Assembly (NCBI GenBank): GCA_023264765.1
Contig: JAHFVC010000002.1
Span: 1 to 57,447 of the forward strand
DNA length: 57,447 nucleotides
Direction: 5' to 3'
From: Mycobacterium sp.
Lineage (GTDB): Bacteria; Actinomycetota; Actinomycetes; Mycobacteriales; Mycobacteriaceae
Shown: positions 23,768-32,777 of the stretch, piece by piece
Layout: every line of letters starts with the position of its first letter
Position numbering within the stretch: position 1 is the stretch's first letter
Translations under genes and position numbers: made by a program
The notes under the pieces: generated by a model
Seen by the model: only the letters and a program-made list of their open reading frames with translations
Database searches by the model: none
What the model was told of the DNA's origin: nothing

Positions 23768-23787
23768 GCCGTCGTACGCTCAACGCG

Positions 23788-24813
23788 ATGCCTGAGATTC
23801 GTTTCCTGCCGCTGGGCTCCCGGCGCGTGGCATACGAGCTGCGCGGCGACGGGCCTGCCCTCGTCGCTCCGGCGTGGTGGGTCAGCCACCTCGAACTCGA
23901 CTGGCAGAACCCGGGTGTGCGGCAGTTCTGGGAGGGCGTCGCGCGCGGGCACACGCTGATCCGCTACGACCGGCTCGGCGCGGGCATGTCGGATCGGACC
24001 GTGCGCGATACCGATCTGACCCTCGACGGTGAGGTCGCGGTGCTGCGGGCGCTGCTCGACGAACTCCAGCTCGACCGGGTGTCATTGGTCGGTGGATCCT
24101 CGGGCAGCTGCACCGCCGTCGCCTTCGCCGCGGCGTATCCGCAGCGGGTGGAACAACTGGTGCTCTATGGCTCCTACCCTGACGGCGCTGCGCTGACCCC
24201 ACCCGGTGTCGCGGAGGCCATCGTCGCGGCGGTCGGGGCGCATTGGGGCTTGGGTTCACGTGTGCTCAGCGACATCTTCCTCAGTGGCGCCGACGCCGCC
24301 GAGCACGAGCATTTCGGTCGGCTGCAACGGGAGTCGGCCGATGCGGAGGTCGCCGCATCGTTGCTGCGGCTGGTCTATCGACTCGATGTCCGTGACTATC
24401 TGCCCGGCGTTCGGGTGCCGACGACCGTCGTGCATCGTCGGGATGATCGCGCCGTGCCCTACGAGTGCGGGCGCGAGGTCGCTGCTGCCATCCCCGGCGC
24501 GACATTCGTTCCGCTGCAAGGTAGTTCACATTTTCCATGGCACGGTGACATCGATTCGGTGGTGCGCGCCTGTCGGCACGCGCTGGCGCCTCAATCGCCG
24601 CAAGAGGAGCCGAGCGGGCCGATTCCGCTGTCCGAACGCGAGCGGGAAGTGCTGCGCTGTGTGGCCCGCGGTTTGAGCGATCGCGAGATCGCCGAGCAGT
24701 TGCGGCTCAGTGCCCACACCGTCCACCGCCACGTCGCGAACATCCGCCGCAAGTTGGGAAGTCCGTCGCGCACTGCGGCGGTCGCAGAGGCGTCCCGGCT
24801 CGGTCTGCTGTAG
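23788..24813 (+). CDS. Alpha/beta-hydrolase-fold + LuxR HTH fusion regulator (alternative GTG start at 23764)
   Basis: RYDRLGAGMS, GGSSG elbow, and C-terminal LSEREREVL...GLSDREIA..L.LS.HTV.RHV.NI.RKL. Confidence 0.88.
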   Translation: MPEIRFLPLGSRRVAYELRGDGPALVAPAWWVSHLELDWQNPGVRQFWEGVARGHTLIRYDRLGAGMSDRTVRDTDLTLDGEVAVLRALLDELQLDRVSLVGGSSGSCTAVAFAAAYPQRVEQLVLYGSYPDGAALTPPGVAEAIVAAVGAHWGLGSRVLSDIFLSGADAAEHEHFGRLQRESADAEVAASLLRLVYRLDVRDYLPGVRVPTTVVHRRDDRAVPYECGREVAAAIPGATFVPLQGSSHFPWHGDIDSVVRACRHALAPQSPQEEPSGPIPLSEREREVLRCVARGLSDREIAEQLRLSAHTVHRHVANIRRKLGSPSRTAAVAEASRLGLL

Positions 24814-24814
24814 C

Positions 24815-24859
24815 TGGCCGGATCGGGCCATTGCCCGAAGATGGCCGGATCGAGCGATG
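24815..24859. promoter_or_regulatory. Tandem TGGCCGGATCG boxes, probable LuxR-fusion operator
   Basis: TGGCCGGATCG occurs at 24815 and 24842. The first copy forms the near-palindrome TGGCCGGATCGGGCCA. Confidence 0.55.
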
Positions 24860-24892
24860 CGGACACCGGCGGTCGGCTCGTAGTTTCGCGGC

Positions 24893-25546
24893 ATGACCGA
24901 GCTCACCTGTGTCGAATCGCGCCCGGCGCAGTCGTTGTGGCTGCGCATCATGGCCGTGCTGTACGACCCGTTCCTCTGGACCGGCGAAATCGTCGGGATG
25001 CGGCGACGCAGGCGAAAGCTGCTGGCGAACGCGCGCGGTCGGGTCGTCGAGATCGGCGCGGGAACCGGGCTCAACATCGCGCACTATCCGGAGGGCCTCG
25101 ACGAGTTGGTGCTCACCGAACCCGAACCAGGTATGCGCCGCAAACTTGTTCGGCGCCTTGACCGCAACGGTGGCGCGGCTACCGTTTCCGGTGCCTCTGC
25201 CGAACGCCTCCCGTTCGCCAACGAGTCGATCGACACCGTCGTCGCGACGCTGGTGCTGTGCACCGTCGACGACCCCGAGCGAGCACTGGCCGAGATCGCA
25301 CGGGTGCTGCGGCCCGGCGGTCACCTCCTGTTCATCGAACACATCCGGTCGAGTTGGCGGCCGCTGGCGTGGTACCAGAACATCTTTGAGCGGCCCTGGC
25401 GCAGCTTCGCCGGCGGCTGCGTCTGCAACCGTCCGACGCTGGAGTTGATGCGCGCTGCCGGCTTCACCGTCGAAGCCAAGGATGCGGTGTGGAGCGGGAT
25501 GCCCACGATCGTCTATCCGCTGGCCGTGGGCCGGGCCACCCGGTGA
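24893..25546 (+). CDS. Class I SAM-dependent methyltransferase (Methyltransf_11)
   Basis: Motifs VVEIGAGTG, AERLPF and EIARVLRPGG. Confidence 0.9.
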   Translation: MTELTCVESRPAQSLWLRIMAVLYDPFLWTGEIVGMRRRRRKLLANARGRVVEIGAGTGLNIAHYPEGLDELVLTEPEPGMRRKLVRRLDRNGGAATVSGASAERLPFANESIDTVVATLVLCTVDDPERALAEIARVLRPGGHLLFIEHIRSSWRPLAWYQNIFERPWRSFAGGCVCNRPTLELMRAAGFTVEAKDAVWSGMPTIVYPLAVGRATR

Positions 25547-25569
25547 TGGCCGAGTGCCGGCGGTCGTGA

Positions 25570-26325
25570 CTACGCGAGAGAATCCAGCGCCTCGATGATC
25601 GCCGGGACATCGGTGCTCTCGGCTGCCTGGATATGACGGACCACCGACCTGATCGGCTCGGCGGGCGTGGCGATCACCCGCCCCAGCAGCTTGGTCCGGG
25701 CGTCGAGCGTGTCCACCAGCAGGGGGCGGATGCTGCCCGGGGTGTTGGCAACCAGTGTCCCGGCTCGCCACGCTTCATCGCGGGCCGCTCCGACACTGAA
25801 CTGCAGGGTCAGTTCCACCTCGGGCCCACCGAGCGCGATGAGCTCGGACAGGCGGGGCGAAAACCTCTCAACCGTGTTGCGGGCCAGTGGGATCAGGGAC
25901 GCAAGGATGTCGTTGATCCGGTTGAAGTCGTCGTGGAAGTCGTTCAGCTTGGACGGGGCGAACGCGGTGCCGGTGACCACGCCGAGGTCCAGATTGATGT
26001 GGGCGTTGATGGCCAGCAGCAGGTCCTGCAGGATGATGGTGTCGTCCGACCGGGTGAGGTCGAACGCCAGCTTCCATGCGCGGCTGGGAGTTTGGTGGGC
26101 CCGATACTGCTCGTAGGCCGTGAGGTAGGCATTGGCGAACCGGGCGTCGAACCGAGACATCCGCGATCCATCGTCGAACGCCCCGTCGGAGATGCCCTGC
26201 TTCACCCGCAGCGTGACCTGGCGGTAGAGGGCGGCGAAGTAACCCAGCGGATCGCGTCGCCGCTTCGTGTCGGCGATGATCGCCGCCAGAGCGGTCAGTA
26301 CCGAGTCGATATCCGCTGCCGGCAT
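25570..26325 (-). CDS. DUF5995 family protein
   Basis: GYFAALY, F...FAN.Y and INAHINLDL motifs. RBS AAGGAGG. Confidence 0.75.
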   Translation of the reverse strand: MPAADIDSVLTALAAIIADTKRRRDPLGYFAALYRQVTLRVKQGISDGAFDDGSRMSRFDARFANAYLTAYEQYRAHQTPSRAWKLAFDLTRSDDTIILQDLLLAINAHINLDLGVVTGTAFAPSKLNDFHDDFNRINDILASLIPLARNTVERFSPRLSELIALGGPEVELTLQFSVGAARDEAWRAGTLVANTPGSIRPLLVDTLDARTKLLGRVIATPAEPIRSVVRHIQAAESTDVPAIIEALDSLA

Positions 26326-26384
26326 GTGGCACCTCCTTGACGCCAACTGTCGGGGCGGCGCGGGCGCTCGGCGCGAGTATTCGG

Positions 26385-26936
26385 CTACCCGTTTTCCCGG
26401 TGCAGGCGGAGCAGCATCCACGCCGCCAGCGTCTGCGCATCGGTGATCACGCCGTCACGGATCATCTGGTCGATCTGCGCACCGGTGAACCACTCGCTGT
26501 GCATGTCCTGCTCTTCGTGTTCGCGTTCGTGTTCGCCTTCGGTGATGCCGGTGGCCAGGAAGGCCCAACCGCGCTGGCTGCTCATTCCCGGCGCGACATC
26601 GAGGCGCCCCAGGACGTGCCACGACGCGGCACGCAGGCCGGTCTCCTCCCGGAGTTCCTGCTCGGCCAGGGCCGCAGGCTCCGGTTCGTCGCCGCCGAGG
26701 CTGCCGGGCGCGGTGCCCTGGACAAATTCCCAGCGCCGCAGGCCGATTGGGTAGCGGTATTGCTCCACCATGCGGTACCGGTCGCCGTCCTGGGCGATCA
26801 CCAGGGCATACGACGGTTTGACGACGACCCCGTAGATCCCGAGGGAGCCGTCGGGGCGGCGGATATCGTCCTCTCGGACCACCATCCAGTTGTTGCGGTA
26901 CACCTCACGACTGGCCAGTCTTTCGATCGGGTCCAC
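26385..26936 (-). CDS. NUDIX hydrolase (ADP-ribose pyrophosphatase-like)
   Basis: EQYRYP and Nudix box A..ELREETG. Confidence 0.88.
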   Translation of the reverse strand: MDPIERLASREVYRNNWMVVREDDIRRPDGSLGIYGVVVKPSYALVIAQDGDRYRMVEQYRYPIGLRRWEFVQGTAPGSLGGDEPEPAALAEQELREETGLRAASWHVLGRLDVAPGMSSQRGWAFLATGITEGEHEREHEEQDMHSEWFTGAQIDQMIRDGVITDAQTLAAWMLLRLHRENG

Positions 26937-26959
26937 CCGCCCAGAGTAGCCTCACCAGC

Positions 26960-28357
26960 GTGTTGTTGACTTCGCTCGACCCCGCAGCCGTGGCCGCCGG
27001 ACATGATCTCGCCGAGGCGGTACGCATCGACGGTGTGACCCTGAGCCGCAGTGACCTGGTGGGCGCGGGCACCTCCGTCGCCGAACGGGTGTCGGTGGCG
27101 CGCCGTGTCGCGATTCTGGCCACGCCCTCGGCCACCACCGTGCTGGCCATCACCGGATGCCTGATCGCCGGCGTGCCGTTCGTGCCGGTGCCCGCCGATG
27201 TCGGTAAAGCCGAACGCGCGCACATCCTCACCGATTCCGGCGCCCAGGCGTGGCTGGGTGAACTGCCCACCGAAACCGAAGGGCTGCCGCATATTCCGGT
27301 GCGGATGCATGCCCGGTCGTGGCATCGCTACGCCGAACCGTCACCCGATTCACCGGCGATGATCATCTACACGTCGGGGACCACCGGCTTGCCCAAGGGT
27401 GTCGTGGTCAGCCGCCGCGCCGTCGCCGCCGATATCGATGCCCTGGCCGACGCATGGCAGTGGACATCCGAGGACACCCTGGTGCACGGCCTGCCGTTGT
27501 TCCATGTGCACGGCCTGGTGCTGGGGCTGCTCGGTTCGTTGCGTATCGGAAATCGGTTTGTGCACACCGGAAAACCGACTCCCGAGGCGTACGCCGAGGC
27601 AGCCGGGTCGCTGTACTTCGGGGTGCCCACCGTCTGGTCGCGGGTGGTTGCCGACGAGGCATCTGCTCGTGCGCTGGCATCGGCCCGACTGCTCGTGTCG
27701 GGCAGCGCGCCGTTGCCGGTACCGGTGTTCGAGGGCCTGGTCCGGCTCACCGGACACGCGCCCATCGAACGGTATGGCAGCACCGAGTCCCTGATCACCA
27801 TCAGCACACTGGTTGACGGCGAACGGCGCCCCGGCTGGGTCGGCGTGGCGCTGCCGGGCGTGCAGACCCGTCTCGTCGACGACGACGGTGCCCCGGTGCC
27901 GCACGACGGCGAAACCATCGGACGCCTGCAGATCAAGAGCCCCACCGTGTTCAGCGGCTATCTCAACCGCCCGGAAGCCACGGCAGAGGCTTTTGACGCC
28001 GATGGCTGGTACCGCACGGGGGACGTCGCGGTGATCGACGCCGGCGGGATGCATCGCATCGTCGGGCGCGAATCGGTCGACCTGATCAAGACGGGTGGAT
28101 TTCGGGTGGGCGCCGGCGAGATTGAAACGGTACTGCTCGGGTATCCCGGGGTGGAAGAAGTGGCCGTGGTCGGTGTGCCCGACGACGATCTAGGGCAACG
28201 CATCGTCGCGTTCGTGGTCGGAACCGTTGCTCCGGATGAGGTGATCGATTTTGTCGCACAGCAGCTTTCGGTGCACAAACGGCCCCGAGAGGTGCGACTG
28301 GTCGAGGCCCTGCCACGAAACGCGATGGGCAAGGTACTGAAGAAGGAGCTGATGTGA
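26960..28357 (+). CDS. fadD36: Acyl-CoA synthetase (Rv1193 ortholog)
   Basis: Motifs YTSGTTGLPKG, ERYGSTE, WYRTGD and LPRNAMGKV. Synteny. Confidence 0.85.
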   Translation: MLLTSLDPAAVAAGHDLAEAVRIDGVTLSRSDLVGAGTSVAERVSVARRVAILATPSATTVLAITGCLIAGVPFVPVPADVGKAERAHILTDSGAQAWLGELPTETEGLPHIPVRMHARSWHRYAEPSPDSPAMIIYTSGTTGLPKGVVVSRRAVAADIDALADAWQWTSEDTLVHGLPLFHVHGLVLGLLGSLRIGNRFVHTGKPTPEAYAEAAGSLYFGVPTVWSRVVADEASARALASARLLVSGSAPLPVPVFEGLVRLTGHAPIERYGSTESLITISTLVDGERRPGWVGVALPGVQTRLVDDDGAPVPHDGETIGRLQIKSPTVFSGYLNRPEATAEAFDADGWYRTGDVAVIDAGGMHRIVGRESVDLIKTGGFRVGAGEIETVLLGYPGVEEVAVVGVPDDDLGQRIVAFVVGTVAPDEVIDFVAQQLSVHKRPREVRLVEALPRNAMGKVLKKELM

Positions 28358-28701
28358 CTCTTACCTACTCGGAGATCTGCATCGACGCGCGAGACCCGCA
28401 GGCGTTGGGAGCGTGGTGGTCGCGAGTCCTGGGTTGGCCGCACCAGGTCGACGCCGACGGCGACGTGGTGCTCACCGCGCCTCCCGGCGCCGGGCCCGAC
28501 TGGCTGTTCCTGGCCGTGCCGGATGACAAGGTGGTGAAGAACCGCCTGCATTTCGACTTCACACCGGACGACCAGGGCGCCGAGGTCCAGCGCGTGGTGG
28601 GGCTGGGCGCGCGGCACATCGATATCGGGCAGGGCGAGCAGAGTTGGGTGGTGCTCGCCGACCCGGAGGGCAACGAATTCTGCATCCTTGCCGCCAAATA
28701 G
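28354..28701 (+). CDS. VOC / glyoxalase-like protein
   Basis: KNRLHFD and WVVLADPEGNEFC. Confidence 0.9.
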   Translation: MTLTYSEICIDARDPQALGAWWSRVLGWPHQVDADGDVVLTAPPGAGPDWLFLAVPDDKVVKNRLHFDFTPDDQGAEVQRVVGLGARHIDIGQGEQSWVVLADPEGNEFCILAAK

Positions 28702-28705
28702 GCGG

Positions 28706-29272
28706 CTACTCGGATCGACGATCGGTTGGTTCGTCTGCCAAGTGTTTCCCACTGTCCGCGTCGGTGGTGATCTGCATGTCCAACTCGGCCGGGTTCAGGC
28801 CAAGGGTCGCCAGCGTCGACGTCGCGGTATCGACGGCCTCACGTTCACTGATATCCCGGCCTCCGGCAAAGACTTTGGTGGTATGCGCATAGGCAGTGGT
28901 GCCGTTTGAGCGGCGGAGAAACGCCACGCGTCGAACACTGGTCGCTGTCTGTGGTGGGCCGGTGAAGGTTCCCGTCGTATCGAACTGGTTGACCACCGCC
29001 ACCGAAGCGCCGTTGTCGGTGATGAGTTCGAAATGCAGCTCGGTCAGATCGGAGGCCACGAGCGTGGGTCCGTTCACCGTGATCGTCGCCCCGCCGACAA
29101 CTGCGGTGCGAATCAGCCCGTAGCTGCGGAACATCGGGTTCGGACCGAGGTTCGAGTTGAATTCCATGTGCAGCGCCAGCGCCGATTGGGCGACGACAGC
29201 GCGCGAGGGGTGCGAATAATGCACGGTGGCCGAATAGCCCCAGGTTTGCACGGTGTCTGTCAGGACGATCAC
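28706..29272 (-). CDS. Hypothetical protein (start uncertain)
   Basis: Fills the gap between the VOC and GH27 genes with protein-like composition. No recognised motif. Confidence 0.55.
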   Translation of the reverse strand: MIVLTDTVQTWGYSATVHYSHPSRAVVAQSALALHMEFNSNLGPNPMFRSYGLIRTAVVGGATITVNGPTLVASDLTELHFELITDNGASVAVVNQFDTTGTFTGPPQTATSVRRVAFLRRSNGTTAYAHTTKVFAGGRDISEREAVDTATSTLATLGLNPAELDMQITTDADSGKHLADEPTDRRSE

Positions 29273-29360
29273 CGGTGCAATTGTTGCAGTTGCGACCTCC
29301 GATTTCCACGAAAAGGTGCGTCCACATGCTGCTCCCAGACTGTGCTGCCACCATGGCCGG

Positions 29361-30608
29361 ATGCGTGCACTGGCCTGCCTTGTGGCGTGTGTCCTGGTGC
29401 TCGCCGGATGCACGTCGGGTTCCCCGCCGCAGGCGCTCACACCGCCGATGGGCTGGAATTCCTGGAATTCCGGGATCGCACTGACCGAGCAGAGCGTGCA
29501 GCAGATCGTCGACGCGATGGTGTCCTCGGGTATGCGCGACGCCGGCTACCACTACGTCAATCTCGATGCCGGCTGGGCGGCACCTACCCGCGATGCCGAC
29601 GGTCACCTGCAGGCCGACCCGGACCGATTCCCGCACGGGATCGCGGCGCTGGCGCGTTACGCCCACGACCGCGGCATGCTGCTCGGGATCTATCACAGCC
29701 CGTTCAACCAGGGCTGCGGCCAGGATCCGCGGATCGGCGGCGCGGGCCACGAACAAGCCGACGCTCAGACGTTCGCGGACTGGGGCGTCGACTACCTGAA
29801 GTACGACTGGTGCCGTCTGGCGGCCACGCACGATGACCAGGTCAAGTACTTCACGGCGATGCGTGACGCGCTACGGTCCACCGGCCGGCACATCATCTAC
29901 AGCATCAACCCCAACAGTTCGGGTGACCCGGGTGCCGGCATGGAGTACGACTGGTCTCACACGTCCGACATCACCCGAAACGCAGTCGATCTGGTGCCGG
30001 CGTGGGGTGATTCAGCACTGTGGTCGGAGGGGCTGGCCGGGGTGAGCCAGGCGTTCACCGAAGCCGGGGCGGCCGCATCACACAGCGGGCCGTCGCACAT
30101 CAACGATCCCGACATGATGGTGATCGGACTGGGCTGGCAGGAGTTCGTGGTCGGGCATCCGACCATGGCGATGGGCGCATCCCGCCCCGACCTCACCGCC
30201 GATGAACAGCAGACGCACTTCTCGCTGTGGGCGCTGCTGGCTGCACCACTGTTGGCGGGCAACGATATTCGGCACATGTCTGATCAAACGCGGGCGTTGC
30301 TGACCAACCGCGAAGTGATCGCCGTCGACCAGGATCCGTTGGTGAAACAAGCCCATGCACTGTCGAGCGATCCTCGGGTGCTGGTCAAGCCGATGGCCGA
30401 CGGATCAGTGGCCGTCGGGCTGTTCAATCAGGCTGACGACACCGTGCGCTTGAGCACCTCACTGAGGGCCATCGGGCTGGAAGACGGAACGTGTCATACC
30501 GTCCGAGATCTGTGGCAGCACAACGACTCCACCACCGCCGGGTCTGTCGAGGCGTCCGTGCCCCGGCATGGGGTGGCGCTGTTGCGGGTCACACCCTGCC
30601 GAACGTGA
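29361..30608 (+). CDS. GH27 alpha-galactosidase, predicted lipoprotein
   Basis: Lipobox LAGC. Motifs TPPMGWNSWN, YVNLDAGW, WGVDYLKYDWC, NDPDM and LLAGND. Confidence 0.9.
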   Translation: MRALACLVACVLVLAGCTSGSPPQALTPPMGWNSWNSGIALTEQSVQQIVDAMVSSGMRDAGYHYVNLDAGWAAPTRDADGHLQADPDRFPHGIAALARYAHDRGMLLGIYHSPFNQGCGQDPRIGGAGHEQADAQTFADWGVDYLKYDWCRLAATHDDQVKYFTAMRDALRSTGRHIIYSINPNSSGDPGAGMEYDWSHTSDITRNAVDLVPAWGDSALWSEGLAGVSQAFTEAGAAASHSGPSHINDPDMMVIGLGWQEFVVGHPTMAMGASRPDLTADEQQTHFSLWALLAAPLLAGNDIRHMSDQTRALLTNREVIAVDQDPLVKQAHALSSDPRVLVKPMADGSVAVGLFNQADDTVRLSTSLRAIGLEDGTCHTVRDLWQHNDSTTAGSVEASVPRHGVALLRVTPCRT

Positions 30609-30644
30609 GCTTATGGCGCGCGGCCGCGCACAAGCTCACGTTCG
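30600..30644. terminator. Hairpin/REP-like palindrome between convergent GH27 and dapD
   Basis: 13-bp perfect stem CGAACGTGAGCTT ... AAGCTCACGTTCG. Confidence 0.7.
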
Positions 30645-30650
30645 CGGTGC

Positions 30651-31595
30651 CTAGTTGGCGTGTAGCGCGTCGTTCAGCGTGATGCCGGTGCCGTCGCGCT
30701 TGACCACCTCGACAGCGCCGGAGATCGAATTGCGGCGGAACAACAGGTTGCTGCCGCCGGAGAGTTCCTTCGCCTTCACCGTCTGGCCGTCGGCCGTCGT
30801 GACCTTGGTACCGGCGGTGATGTACAGCCCCGCCTCGATGACGCTGTCGTCGCCCAACGAGATGCCCAGGCCGGCGTTCGCGCCGAGCAGGCACCGCTTG
30901 CCCACCGAGATGACTTCCTTGCCGCCGCCGGACAGGGTGCCCATGATTGACGCGCCGCCACCGACGTCGGAGCCGTCACCCACGACTACGCCCGCGGAGA
31001 TGCGACCCTCGACCATGGAGGTGCCCAACGTGCCGGCGTTGAAGTTCACGAATCCTTCGTGCATCACGGTGGTGCCCTCGGCCAGGTGGGCGCCGAGCCG
31101 GACCCGGTCGGCGTCGGCGACCCGGACACCCTTGGGCAGGACGTAGTCGACCATCCGCGGGAACTTGTCCACGCCGTAGACGGTGACGGCGCCGCGGCGA
31201 CGCAGCTTGGCGCGGACCAGCTCGAAACCGTCGACCGCGGCGGGACCGAAGTTCGTCCACACGACATTGGTCAGCAGACCGAAGATGCCGTCGAGGTTGG
31301 CCTGATGCGGCTTGGTGAGCCGATGCGACAGCAGGTGCAGCCGCAGGTAGGCGTCGTAGGTGTCTGCTGGTGCGTCGTCCAGGTCGGCGATGGTGGTCCG
31401 CACCGCCACCACCTCGACGTCACGGTCGGTATCCGGGCCGGTCAGGGCGGCGAAGGTGTCGGGAATCTCGGCTACCGACAGGCGGGTTGTTCCGGATGCC
31501 CCGTCGCCGGTCAGCTCGGGTGCGGGAAACCAGGTGTCCAGGACGGTTCCGTCGGCGGCGATGGTGGCCAGGCCGAAGCCAGATGCAGCAGTCAC
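30651..31595 (-). CDS. dapD: Tetrahydrodipicolinate N-succinyltransferase
   Basis: [21 protein letters not shown], and hexapeptide repeats. Confidence 0.95.
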   Translation of the reverse strand: MTAASGFGLATIAADGTVLDTWFPAPELTGDGASGTTRLSVAEIPDTFAALTGPDTDRDVEVVAVRTTIADLDDAPADTYDAYLRLHLLSHRLTKPHQANLDGIFGLLTNVVWTNFGPAAVDGFELVRAKLRRRGAVTVYGVDKFPRMVDYVLPKGVRVADADRVRLGAHLAEGTTVMHEGFVNFNAGTLGTSMVEGRISAGVVVGDGSDVGGGASIMGTLSGGGKEVISVGKRCLLGANAGLGISLGDDSVIEAGLYITAGTKVTTADGQTVKAKELSGGSNLLFRRNSISGAVEVVKRDGTGITLNDALHAN

Positions 31596-31629
31596 GTTGG
31601 CCTAGGTTACTGGACTAGCCTCGGTGGTC

Positions 31630-32697
31630 ATGGGGCTAGACCTGCGTTCCGATCCGATCGCACTGACCGCCGCATTGGTGGACATTCCCAGCGAGTCGCG
31701 TCACGAACAGCGCATCGCCGACGAGATCGAAGCCGCGCTCCGCACCCAGGCGCCGTGGTTCGAAGTGATCAGAAACGGCGACGCCGTGTTGGCCCGCACC
31801 CACCTGGGGCGGTCGTCGCGGGTGCTGCTGGCTGGGCACACCGACACCGTGCCGGCTGCGGACAACCTGCCCAGCCGCGTCGTCGACGGCGTGATGTACG
31901 GCTGCGGCACTTCGGACATGAAGTCCGGGGATGCGGTATTCCTGCATCTGGCCGCCACCCTCGCCGAGCCCAGCCACGACATCACTTTGGTGATGTACGA
32001 CTGCGAGGAGATCGAGTCCAGCGCCAACGGGCTGGGTCGTATCGAACGGGAACTGCCCGATTGGCTGAGCGCCGACGTCGCGATCCTGGGTGAACCGTCC
32101 GGTGGGTTCATCGAGGCCGGCTGTCAGGGCACCATTCGGGTTGTCGTCAGCGCCGCTGGAACCCGCGCGCATTCCGCGCGATCCTGGTTGGGGGACAACG
32201 CCATTCACAAACTCGGTGCTGTTCTGGATCGGCTGTCGGCGTATCGGCCTCGCAACGTGGACATCGACGGCTGCGTGTACCGGGAGGGGCTCTCGGCGGT
32301 GCGAATCGATGGCGGCGTCGCGGGCAACGTGATTCCCGATGCGGCGTCGGTGACGGTGAACTTCCGGTTCGCGCCGGATCGTTCAGTGGCGCAGGCCGTC
32401 GACCACGTACGCGAGGTGTTCGACGGACTCGATGTGTCGCTGGAGGTCACCGATGCGGCCGCCGGGGCTCTGCCAGGCCTGGCCAACCCAGCAGCGGCGT
32501 CGCTGGTGGCGGCCTCCGGCGGGCAGGTACGGGCCAAATATGGCTGGACGGATGTATCGCGGTTCGCCGCGCTAGGTATCGCGGCGGTCAACTACGGGCC
32601 GGGTGATCCGAATCTGGCGCACAAGGTCGACGAGCACGTCGACGTCGCGGCCATCACCGCGACGACCGAGACGCTGCGGGCATATTTAACCGCTTGA
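31630..32697 (+). CDS. dapE: Succinyl-diaminopimelate desuccinylase
   Basis: M20 motifs [22 protein letters not shown] and AH...E. Divergent from dapD. Confidence 0.95.
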   Translation: MGLDLRSDPIALTAALVDIPSESRHEQRIADEIEAALRTQAPWFEVIRNGDAVLARTHLGRSSRVLLAGHTDTVPAADNLPSRVVDGVMYGCGTSDMKSGDAVFLHLAATLAEPSHDITLVMYDCEEIESSANGLGRIERELPDWLSADVAILGEPSGGFIEAGCQGTIRVVVSAAGTRAHSARSWLGDNAIHKLGAVLDRLSAYRPRNVDIDGCVYREGLSAVRIDGGVAGNVIPDAASVTVNFRFAPDRSVAQAVDHVREVFDGLDVSLEVTDAAAGALPGLANPAAASLVAASGGQVRAKYGWTDVSRFAALGIAAVNYGPGDPNLAHKVDEHVDVAAITATTETLRAYLTA

Positions 32698-32706
32698 CCA
32701 TTTCGG

Positions 32707-32766
32707 TACAGTGATCTTCGTGCTGTGAATCGATGACACCCAGGTAGCCCCTTGCCGTCATCTTTT
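32707..32766 (+). promoter_or_regulatory. Putative attenuator leader of the ABC-F gene
   Basis: -10 TACAGT, mini-ORFs GTG-CTG-TGA and ATG-ACA-CCC-AGG-TAG, and a GATGAC/GTCATC stem followed by TTTT. Confidence 0.4.
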
Positions 32767-32777
32767 GGAGTTCGCGC

